Of a stretch of 64,000 nt of DNA, positions 21,550 to 32,025 are shown in pieces. Below the pieces are notes generated by a model, which saw only the letters and a program-made list of their open reading frames with translations, made no database searches and had not been told where the DNA came from. Made by a program: the position numbers and the translations under genes. Location of the stretch: NCBI GenBank assembly GCA_002269645.1, contig NIVC01002272.1, positions 40,891 through 104,890 of the forward strand, in the 5' to 3' direction. The DNA comes from Macrostomum lignano. Its lineage: Eukaryota. How positions within the stretch are numbered: position 1 is the first letter of the stretch; the number at the start of each line of letters is the position of its first letter.

Positions 21550-24384
21550 ATGGAGCCGAACCAAAACTATGGCCAACGATACCCCATCATGCAGCAACAA
21601 CAGCTGCAGCAGCTGCGTGTTGAGACTCGACGCAAGCTGGCTAATCTGTACCGCAGCCCTGCACCTGGAAACCAGGTAGCCCAGCTGCTAAACCGTTATC
21701 CCACCGCTGATCAACTGGAGGATCACGTTTTCAGGCGTTGTCAGGCTCACCAGCAAGGTGGTGGCGTCAGCTTTGACCAGCAGTACCTGAGCATTGTGTC
21801 CAAGCTGGAGGACGCACTGACAGGTCGCCTGCCGCAGCCGCAACAGCCGCAGCAGATGATGCAGCAGCAGCAGCCGCCGCCTACTCAAGTGATGCAACAG
21901 CAATTGCAGCAGCAGCAGCAGCAGATGATGCAACAGCAGCCTCCGCCGCAACCTCAGCCTCAGGTGATTCGGCCTCAAATGCCGACAGATCCGCTGGTGT
22001 CGCTTTCAAACATGGTCGGCGGCGGCCCGGTTGGCGTCAGCAACATCGTTGTCGGTGGTGCCCGGATGGGGCAGCAGAGTGTGCCGTTGCAGCCTCGCAT
22101 GGGGACCAGGCCTGTTCCGCAGCAGCAGCAGCAGCCGCCTCCCAACCAGCTTCCACCATTGAATGAGCGTCAGCAGGTTCAAGTGCAGCGCATGCGGCAG
22201 CTCCACCAGCAGCACAGCGAGACGGTCAGAGCCCGGATGGAAAATTCGCACGGCAATGCGGCCAATTTTGAGAAGCTGCGCCAGATTTGCAACATTCTCG
22301 AGACGCCAGAAAATTTTGTACGCAACCAGCGGGATCCGGATAAAATTGACAACACAATCAGGCAGTTGGAGAGCATTCTGCGGCCCAATGCGCCTCACGC
22401 TCAGGCACTGCAGCAGCAGCAGCAGCAGCAGCACATGCTACAACAACAGAGACTTCAGCAGCAGCAGCAGCAGCAAATGCAACAGCAGCAACTGCAGCAC
22501 CAGCAGCTACAGCAGCAGCAACAACTCCAGCAACAGCAGCAGCAGCAACTGCAACAACAGCAATTGCAGCAGCAGCAATTGCAACAACTGCAGCAGCAAC
22601 AGCAATTTCAGCAGCAGAAATTGCAACAGCAGCAGATGATGTCGCAGATGCAGCAACAACAACAGCAGCAGCAGCAATCGCCAATGCCCATGTCCAGTGC
22701 AGCTCCTGACAGCGTCGCTGCTTCGTCGCATGACATTCCTCCGGCGCCTCGTCGACTTGGTGAAACACTTCTTAAAGTACGTTAAAGTACGCCAACCAAT
22801 CACCTCTTAGTTGACTCTATAAATTCGCTGTCAAGGTTCACCTTTAATACAAAAGAGTTCGGCCTCCAATACCTTTTTTTAGAGCAAAACATCATCAACT
22901 TGGTGTTTTTAAAGCCGTTCCCTATCTGTCCGTTGCCCAACGATTCAAAATCACTAACAAGTTTTCTCCAGCCAACGATTGAAAGAAGCAACCAGAATCC
23001 ATGGAACATTCTGTCACGATAGATTGCATCCGCCGTCAGTTGCGTCCCCACCGGAGTGGAGAGGGGGGCATGTCCCCCGGCCCCAGTAAAAGCTGTGGGG
23101 GGGGGGACATGCCAGTGCTTTGTCCCACCCGCCTCACCTTGTAACCCGCTACGGAAATCAATCATTTCTCCTTTGGGCGCCAAAATGTAGCGCCTTTGGC
23201 GCCAAAAAGAGTGCCTGCGGCGCCAAAATGGGTGTCTGCATGCGGTGCCAAAATGAGTGCCTGTCTGCGGCGCCAAAATGAGTGCCTGTCTGCGGCGCCA
23301 AAATGAGTGCCTGTCTGCGGCGCCAAAATAAGTGCCTGTCTGCGGCGCCAAAATGAGTGCCTGTCTGCGGCGCCAAAATAAGTGCCTGTCTGCGGCGCCA
23401 AAATGAGTGCCTTCTGCGGCGCCGAAATGAGTGCCTTCTGCGGCGCCGAAATGATCGCTAGAAACTCCGATTCCTAAAAATGTAGGAATTTAGTCATGTA
23501 GAATTCTTGGCTTTGTCCCCCTCCCTTCTAAGAAGTCCATTGGCGGCGCCCCTGTCTGCCGTCACAAGTAAAGATTTTTACCAACAAAATCATCTCTTCC
23601 ACTCCTCCAGGAAATCGAATCTGTTCTCAAAAGTCCCGTCTGCGATTCTGTCTGGTCTCGCTTCGCCTCTGAGGTCCGTTCGGCGAATCAGGGCATTGTC
23701 CCGCCTCGCGACACTCTGTTCATCCCCGTCTCCGTTGACTCGGCAGCTGTTGGCGCCTCCGACGCGCCGCCGGTGACTCCCGCGCCGGCTCCAGATCAGC
23801 CGTTGCGCTCCGAGCTCGCCGACCTGCCGCCCTACTGGCGCGTCCGAGTCTTGACCAGCTCGGCCGGCCCTGTCGATCCGGACAGCAGCAAAGACGACGC
23901 CGCCGACAATCAGGAAGACGAGTCGGCGGATGCTGCCGACGCTTCTAAAGTTGAGGGCAGCGACGCGGTAACCTCTAGACGGGTTCGTCTGCGCGCCGTC
24001 TACACGAACCGGCACTTAATGCCCGACGGCGCCGCGCCGGAGCTGCTGATCACCCTGGCGCCCGGCTACCCGACTGTCCGGTCCGCCACCGCGCGACTTC
24101 TGCCGCCGCGCCTATCGGCAGCTGATAGCGCCGACAATGGCAGCGACAAGAGCAGCAGCTGCAGTCGGAGCGCCGAGCTGACCGCGGACGCCGCCGAACT
24201 GCGCCGGCTGATCCAGACCGAGTGGCGGTCGGCCTACGCGGAGTACAAGCGGGTCTATCGGGACAGGAACAGCCTCACGGGAGTGCTGGACGCCTACCAC
24301 AAAGCCCTGCTAGTGGCCTACGATAGCTGGGCCCCGGGCAGTGAGTTCAGCCTGGCTCAGGTGCGAGCCTTTATGCGGCGCTGA
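21550..24384 (+). CDS. MED15: Mediator subunit 15 (MED15), two exons, 666 aa
   Basis: Exons 21550-22776 (AAA|GTACGT) and 23611-24384 (CTCCAG|GAA), phase 0. The domain order matches recalled human MED15: KIX (QLEDHVFRR..QYLSIVSKL vs DMESHVFLK..EYLSLVARL), polyQ, middle domain (EKLRQICNILETP vs SKMKSLLDILTDP), polyQ, VLKSPV (vs IRSPV), and the C-terminal domain (LRSELADL, PELLITLAPGYP, SLTGVLDAY vs LQGEVARL, PLELSVPADYP, SVTALLNTW). Confidence 0.85.
23037..23554. mobile_element. hAT-type MITE in the MED15 intron carrying a minisatellite
   Basis: Imperfect TIR CAGTTGCGTCCCC / GGCGGCGCCCCTG. The 8-bp flanks TCCGCCGT (23029-23036) and TCTGCCGT (23555-23562) match at 7 of 8 positions. Confidence 0.7.
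23175..23452. repeat. 25-bp minisatellite (~11 copies)
   Basis: Unit GGCGCCAAAATGAGTGCCTGTCTGC. Confidence 0.95.
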
Positions 24385-26165
24385 TAGGTGTTGTACTCTG
24401 AGTACAGTAGAGGACAACTTGCTGACTTGATTTGCTGCTGTAAGTTACAATTCTTAATTAGTATGCTTACAATTGTTTATATTTATGCAGTATTGTTAAA
24501 GCTCAATTGTGCTAATTATATCAAGCTTACGAGTTATCAATACTTTAAGTGCTTCGAGCTCTGTTGTATGAAAATTCAAAATTGCTAAGCAAATTTACCT
24601 GTCTCTTTAATTAGTTTGTTTCTTTTGAGGTCTACGGGAGATAATACGTATCCCAGGGGCACTAATCCCTATAGGCCCTCCCAATATGCTGGCAACCCCG
24701 GTGCTAGCGCCCCATTTTTTAGTTAGATTTTGGTTAGAGGCCGTGTGCACCCTGACGCACTTTAAGCGACATTGTCACACCCAAGCGACGGGAAGCATTA
24801 CTGTCCATTTCGATCCCAGGTTTTATCCAAAAGAAATGACCCCTACTATATACAATATTTCAAATCATTTTCTTGCTTTTCTTCCCTTTCTACCCGTTGG
24901 AAACTTGCCTCTAGTCTAAAGTGATAAAAATCAATCCTTATTATTCTAATTCTACATTAGTTGATATTGATAGTAGTCTAAAATGTCTTATCAAAAAATT
25001 AAATAACTTAGTAACAGGTAATTGATCTGAGGATCCAGAGGGTCTAGGTTGAATACATGGCAAATTGTAGCTCGTAGTTTTGTTTTTTGTAGATTTTTTA
25101 TTAGCGCTATAAAGATCAGCCTACCGAACAGACCACGGTTAGTCATCGCTAGCGCTCGTAATCCCAATTAATAACAATTTTTTTTAACTAAAAGACAAAT
25201 AAATATTAAGGTTGGTTGATCGTATGTATGAAAAATACAAGCACAGGAAATCCATAAACAACAGTATTAGACTCAGCAAATCATTTCAAAGATGCTAGAA
25301 TATAAAAATATTTCTCAACGCAGTAAAATTTTTGTCCCAAAACTGTCCCGCGTGCTACTTTAAATTAAAAAAGAAAAAATAATCGACCTTGAATAAATAA
25401 GTGGCGATAGCAGGCGACCGGTAACAAAGTCACGAGCTATCTGGAATAAACAATGTGTAGCTATAGAGCATGTCAAAGATTCACTACTGAAATAACTACT
25501 CATCCGAATAAAGCATTGGGGTTAAATGTGGTTTAAGAGAGTAACAAAAAGTAGGGGTGTAGCTAAGGTATAACAAAAATCGTATACATGTCTTGAATAT
25601 CATTTTAACAAAATTTTTGTTATAAAAGTATGGAAAAACAAGTAAAGATTATTAGAACACAGGACGACAAAAAGAAAAAACAAAGTTTCTAAATTCTGCC
25701 GCCTAAAAACTTCTGGACAGATTAACCCCAGTGTCCAGCTCTGCGAATTAAGAAAATTATAGCCGTATCATTTAGTAAGTATTATTATGGGTGCTATTAG
25801 CTAATGGACTGAGTCCATATTATACACGCTAGTTTTGCAAAGAAAGTTTTATAATGACACGTAGCGTAAATCAACAGAGTTTTCAACTTAGAATTTTTTT
25901 TCATATCAGATGCCATGTGCGTCGTAGATAGCTAGCTGGCCGTATAACTCAATAAATGGCTAGCTACCAAAACTTTTTAGTACCGACTAATTTAAACTAG
26001 TTGAAATTTACATATGCTATACTAAGGACAAAAAGACCGCAAAAACGTCACAATGTACTTGTATGGGGTACAGTCCAGAATTCTAAGTTACATGTAAGCA
26101 GTTTCTGTTAAAACTCACGCGAATGTTTTCACACCCCGAGATAAAAATTGAGCATTTCATTGTTG

Positions 26166-27825
26166 CTAGCATGGGACTGGTGGCTCTTCTACCGGACCGG
26201 GTGTATCTTCACCATTGCTCTCCCTATCGATATTCGATTCGTTGCCACCAGCTTCAGGTTCCGCTGGATCATCTTCGTCTTCATGGTATTCAGTGGAGGC
26301 GTCGGCCATCAATGCTATCTCGATTGGAATCCAGTCGGTGACTTCTGTTTGGCTGTGGATAAAAATAATTGAAGGTGCATGATTTTACCAAAGTTTTCCA
26401 AACCGAATGGGTACTTTCTGCCCTAATTGTAGCGCATACAAAGCTTTTCATCATCAGAAATCGATTGATAAGTTTTGTTCAACTCAAGATGCCAATTCTA
26501 CAAGTAGGTAATATGCATGTATTAACTAAAACACAACAAATATACTTACATCATCGGGTATCCGAATGGATTATTGGACTCCACTTGTGGGTGGCCCTGG
26601 CGCGGTATGGAATGTTCGCACAGCTCCATGTCGATGTCGACGCCTACTTCGTTGGGCCTGGAATAGTAATTTAAATGAAGGTTTTCACGTCGTATATGCG
26701 ACTAGATGCAAGTTCTTCACATGTATGCATGTTGGTGATGAAAAAACATTGTCAAAATAATACTTCTCTCCCGTGGCATCCGGCAGCTGAACTCCCAGCA
26801 GTCGCTCGACCTCCTGACGCACCTCGCCTCTCGCCCGGACGGCCAGCTCTCTCAGCCGGTCTCTGCTGCCGCCTTCGCCGATTCCCGCCTTCTCAGCCAG
26901 CAGCTTGACGCAGTCCAGGTTGTCGTGGTGCACCGCGATCATCAGAGGAGTCGCACCGCTGCTGTCCTCAGCATCGAGTCGAGCTTCGTGTTGCGAGAGG
27001 GCATCGAGGATGTCAGATCGACTGGCCATGGCTGCCAGGTGAGCCGCGGTTGATCCTTGCGCGTTGGGCTTGCTTGGGTCGCACTGACCGCTGGTCAGCA
27101 GGAAGTCCGCGATGTCCTTGAAGCCCTGACGACAGGCGTACATCAGTCCCGTGTTCCCCTGGTCATCTGGTTCGTCCAAGGGGATTTCTCTATCGGCAGC
27201 GAATTTGACTATTTCCAACTGACCTTTCTTTTTCGACCCGATGGAAGCCAAATGGACAATGCTTCTCTGCTTTTTATTCTTATGGTTCAAGTCGCAACCG
27301 AACTTAACTAGCAGTTTCATGGCGTCAATGTTGCCTTTGATTGCGCAGTCAGACAGTGGTGTGTCACCATCGCTATCAGCGATATCTAGCAGTGCGCCTT
27401 CCTCTTTGAGCATCGGCATGATGTGACGAAGATCTTTTGCGGCAGCTGCTTGCATGGGTGTGTTGCCGTGCTTGTTGACTGTATTGACGAAGTCGCCTCT
27501 GCCCAAATATTGCTTAACCAAGTGAAAGTTTCCTGACGACACAGCAACTGTTAACGGAAGCTCTCCGGTCTCAGGATCAACAGCGTCCATGTTGGCACCT
27601 CGCTTTTCCACCCAGTCCACCATGTGCTGGTTTCCTAGCTTCAGTGCCTGGTGCACGATGCACTCCGGAAGGGAGGGTTCAAGCTCATACAGTAGGTTCG
27701 CAATATTCTCATGCCCGTTTAGCACTGCACATTGAATCGGAGTAAATCTCGAAGCGTTTTCTTGGGCTAGAATTTCTGCTGTATTTCTATTTGCACCCCT
27801 GATGTGCTGCAGGACGTCCAAGTTG
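26166..27825 (-). CDS. Ankyrin-repeat gene, 3' part (end of giant exon plus two small exons)
   Basis: About 10 ankyrin repeats in 27825-26764. GT-AG introns 26763-26658 and 26549-26353 (both phase 2) join exons 26657-26550 and 26352-26166, giving an acidic tail that ends EEPPVPC*. Confidence 0.8.
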
Positions 27826-27839
27826 CACTGTTATGCATA

Positions 27840-28046
27840 AAGGTCCGAAAAAAGGTCCACTGAGGGTCCGAATGAGGAGGTCCGCACCGTACACATATAG
27901 GGACCTTCAGGTCCGAATGCACATAAGGTCCGAAAGTAGAGGACCGTATAAAGGTCCGCTAAAGGTCCGTATGAGAAGGTCCGCACCGTACATATATAGG
28001 GACCGTGAAGGTCCAAATGTATGGAAGGTCCGAAAGTATAGGTCCA
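27840..28046. repeat. Sub-terminal AGGTCCG repeats of the EnSpm element
   Basis: More than 10 AGGTCC(G) motifs here, with inverted GGACCT motifs at 38890-38946. CACTA elements typically carry such motifs as accessory-protein binding sites. Confidence 0.85.
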
Positions 28047-29224
28047 CAATAGGCACGGATGTCGCATTTTTCTGCCTGAGCGTGGCCCTATATAGCTGAC
28101 ATGCCTCAGTGGAAAATACCCGTTTAAAAAAAACCATGCAAGATCCTGATTCCAGTGAAGCTATAAGATGTTCATTAAACTGATGTGCATTGCATAGAAC
28201 GATAGTTTCCATAAAGATGGATAAAAATAAAAATGTATTTTTTATCAAGCATTATTACCATGCATGTTTAGATTGGAGCTTTACTGAATCAAATATTAAT
28301 GACAAAGCCGATTATGTAATACATGAATAACGGAAAAAGGAAATTACATGGCAAACTTGGTAGTAAATAAAGCAAAAGGGTTTAACATCAATTTTTTTTC
28401 ATTGATGAGCAACGCATGACTAATGGTACATTTCGATCAAACTGGAAAGAAATAAAGAGGAAATTGCTAGTTTCTTAAACGCGAAAGAGCAAACATTGAA
28501 AAATAATAAGTCAATGAAGCACAACAAGGGTTGAAAAAACGAATTTGAAAATACACAAATTTTGAGACAACTACGGGGTGTCCGCGCAATTTTTAAACTG
28601 AAATTCCAGGTTTTACAATACCCGGTTTAATAATCCATATTGGCAGAAAATACTTACTCGTGGCATTATGTATACCTGGGGCAATATTTAACACAATATT
28701 GTAATGTACACAACCGACTTACATTGCAAAAAATGTAAAACTCGAAGTAAAAAATAAAAAATGCGTCTTACAATAACTATTACAAATGTCCCCTCTTCTG
28801 AAAAATAGCAGTATTAAGAACATAACATAAAAAACGAACTTACTTTATGTTGACCTATGTTAAACATCGCACAAGAATTTATAATATAAGAGTAGGGCAA
28901 TGAAACAGAAGGGAAAGGGAAAACAGCACGCTTTGAGAGCAGGTCGCATCTGCAAGAAGGGAGAAGGGAGGCATGCAGGCCCAGTTAATCTGTAGAGTGA
29001 CTGGCTGGACATTTAGCTAGAAATAGAATAAGGGATAGACGCAGGCGTAAGCCATGGGATAGACCCCAGTTGGGTGGAGTCCTGCACTATATTCGTTATA
29101 AGGTGTACCTGAAATAATATGGGAGGGGGTGCTGGCCCAGCAACTGAGCATCTGCAGGTTTAGTGTGGTCAAGAGACGAGGCCAGGCAAATGAGGATCTG
29201 CATCGGAGTCACATGAACAGTCAA

Positions 29225-30856
29225 CTAACGAAAACTATCAACTAGCGAGGCAGCTGGCTTTCTAGACACTGCACATCGCTTGCGTAGGCGCGCGAGGACT
29301 TCAATAGCTTCAAGAAAAGCTTCCAGCTTAGGCAGATGCTGCAAATTAAAAGCAATAAAGCAGCAGATAAAAACGATAATGGTATCTGTCACCGAATTAA
29401 ATTGAAGACTTGCGCCGTTGACTGACACGCCCCACCAGGTTTCCTCCGCTTTGATCACGTGCACAGGCAGATCCGGAGAAAAAATTTCGGTGGGATCTAC
29501 TTTTAGGCGGCCAAGGAGGATGCAGACTGCCCCGGTGAGCTTCTCCTCCGCGCTAACGTCTCCATTGTCGGCTTTCAAAATAATTGGTGTGCACAGCCGA
29601 TGTCGTCGAAAACTATCGCGCTTGTCCCAGATGCGAATTAGCGCTACACGAATGTTTTTGCCGATGTCAGTAGGACCATCTGGGAGATAATAATCGTTTT
29701 TCTCGTTGGCATTATAAGCCTCGATCATTAGCCATGCTTCTTGCTCAATGACAGGTGCAAGAACTAATGGCTGATACAGCTCAATTTCCTCTGCGACGGT
29801 TAGGTTTTGACAGCGAGCAATTCGCATCGTAAATGTGTCTCGCATGCGTTCAAGCACGGACGGCATGGAAACGTCAGGCTGGCGAAAATTTGCGTTTAAC
29901 AGCAGACGAGCTGTCTCGTGGGTCTCGGGGATGTTTTCACAGTCGGCAAAATTAAAATTACAACTTTTTGCTAGGCTCACAACTGACCCACACTCATCGG
30001 CGTCCTCATTTTGCCGTCGTTTTTTAGACTTGGGATTCTGATTTTCATCAGGGTTGTCAGAGTCATCTGAGTTTTCAGAGTCATCATTGACGTCAGTGGC
30101 TGCCGAAGAATTAGCAGCATCAGCTGTAGCGGCCTCGGCATGCCTTCGCTTCCTGCCATGCTTCATCCGCATTTGCTGCACAAGTGGGCTGCTGCAGGCT
30201 GGGACTATTTTAGACCTGAACTCCTTCAATCGGCGACAGATCCTTTGACGCCAAAATGCTGTGCCATCAGCTGTTGCATCGCTCAGCGCTGGGTACGTCG
30301 TTACAATGGCCTTGCAAATGTCCTCTATTTGGCTGCACGTGAGATACGGGTCGTCGCAGTTCTTATAATTGTCGTAGACATCCTTAATAATATAGCGCAA
30401 AAAATTGTTGACGAAGGTTGCATTCGTTTTATACTTTGGCCCGACATCTGTGCTACTGCAGTTCTGGCGGACTTCTTGTAGACTTTTTGATAGTATGGGC
30501 ATGGATGGAAGCGAGTAAACAGTTGGCCATTTTTTAAGCAACGGTCTTTCAGGATCTTGCGGCTCGCTTGCTGCTGCCATTTCTTGATTGTCAAAACTAA
30601 TGTTGCTGCTATTGACTTCCCTTAAATTTTCTCGAATGGACTCCTCCCGCAGAAGAAAGATGATTTCAGACTTTTCTGCAGACAGAGTTGGCAAAAATTC
30701 GTCATCGTCGATGTCGTGTCCACCTGGTGTCACGAGACGAATTGAGGCAGAATATTCGATTCCCAGCTTTTCGCATCCTCGGATTTTCAATTCATGGAGA
30801 GTAGATGCACATACCAGCTTAAGCTGGGTTTTATCTTTGTTGCAGATTCGAAGCAT
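29225..30856 (-). CDS. EnSpm accessory protein (543 aa) with an N-terminal CIDE-N-like domain
   Basis: Intact ORF inside the TIRs. The N-terminal LRICNKDKTQLKLVCASTLHELKIRGCEKLGI..IRLVTPGGHDIDDDEFLPTL matches the CIDE-N pattern. The remainder resembles ORF2 proteins of animal EnSpm elements (from memory). Confidence 0.75.
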   Translation of the reverse strand: MLRICNKDKTQLKLVCASTLHELKIRGCEKLGIEYSASIRLVTPGGHDIDDDEFLPTLSAEKSEIIFLLREESIRENLREVNSSNISFDNQEMAAASEPQDPERPLLKKWPTVYSLPSMPILSKSLQEVRQNCSSTDVGPKYKTNATFVNNFLRYIIKDVYDNYKNCDDPYLTCSQIEDICKAIVTTYPALSDATADGTAFWRQRICRRLKEFRSKIVPACSSPLVQQMRMKHGRKRRHAEAATADAANSSAATDVNDDSENSDDSDNPDENQNPKSKKRRQNEDADECGSVVSLAKSCNFNFADCENIPETHETARLLLNANFRQPDVSMPSVLERMRDTFTMRIARCQNLTVAEEIELYQPLVLAPVIEQEAWLMIEAYNANEKNDYYLPDGPTDIGKNIRVALIRIWDKRDSFRRHRLCTPIILKADNGDVSAEEKLTGAVCILLGRLKVDPTEIFSPDLPVHVIKAEETWWGVSVNGASLQFNSVTDTIIVFICCFIAFNLQHLPKLEAFLEAIEVLARLRKRCAVSRKPAASLVDSFR

Positions 30857-30904
30857 GAATAAATATATGGGGTAATATTAAAGCAAATATGAAAAAGAAA
30901 AATG

Positions 30905-31091
30905 TTTTGTATTGTATTGTATTGTTGTATTGTATTGTATTGTTTTGTATTGTATTGTATTGTATTGTATTGTTTTGTATTGTAGAAAAATGTAATGGTT
31001 TTGTATTTTGTCATTCTGTTTGATTGTCTTAGTCATGACAAAATGTCCATGAGCCCTGTAGCACCCTCTCTCTCTCTCTCTCTCTCTCTCT
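30905..31091. repeat. (TTGTA)n and (CT)n microsatellites between the two EnSpm genes
   Basis: TTGTA run at 30905-30984 and CT run at 31066-31091. Confidence 0.9.
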
Positions 31092-32025
31092 TGCCCTGTT
31101 TGACAACATTTGCACACAACCAGAAGTAACTCTTTCAATGACAAAATCTACCTAGGCTGTCACAATGGTCCCAATGATGCAACAAAGATATCCTTGAGAG
31201 CAGCATAGAGACACTACCTTGACATTGACATGCATCAGATTACAGTTTGACGTGACATGTAAACAAGGATACAAATCAAACAAGAATCAACCCATTCCAA
31301 TTACTCCAAGAAATGAGGAGCTTCAATGTACACTATCAAGAATTTGTGCAAGAAGACATTCACCAAGGTGAGAAACCTTCTGGAATTCCTAGTATTTAAC
31401 TGGATGCCTATACCCTATACAAGGAAATGAGATACCTAGCTTTAACTACTAACTGCCATCAAGTCTACAAGCCCATTATAAAAAATGTTTGTGCTATTAT
31501 GATTGGCAACCTTTTTTGGTATCAAATTTAGAGGAAGTTATCAAAGATAATAGACCATAAAAAGAATAAGAGATAATTTAATAAGAAAAGACAAAAATAA
31601 AAATAATTCAAAGCTATGCATATAGCTAGCTTAGCAAGCATCAAGCATGCCTTTCAGCTTTGGAACCTAGAGAGCATAATTCTTTATTCAAGTGTCTGTC
31701 AGACTACCACATGGGAAATCTTCATAAAATGGACAATGCCAAAGACACTCAAGGTCAAGAAAAATGTCTATAAGTCATGGAGTCAAAATAGACTACTACA
31801 TGACACTAATAAAATTATGTTTATTATAACATTGATCTCTACCTTAAATTCTTTAAGCCCTGTTAGTTCTATTTATGGGGTTTTTATTTTCATATAACAT
31901 TGCAACAAAGGACTCAAGAAATCACTTGAGGAAAGACCAACTTAGCTAATTCTATAAACATTAAACATTTTTTTGTCTAGATAAAAACTTCTATCAATTA
32001 TCTTCCTCAAAAATAGGCATGAAAT

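Noticed and set aside
26420-26497. Extra ankyrin exon after the TTGTAG acceptor at ~26498
   Set aside because: All three frames hit a stop or break phase; skipping it joins the flanking exons in frame. A short alternative terminal exon cannot be excluded.
26123-26760. Plus-strand membrane-protein-like ORFs
   Set aside because: They are antisense to the last two ankyrin exons, which have consistent splice sites and phases on the minus strand.
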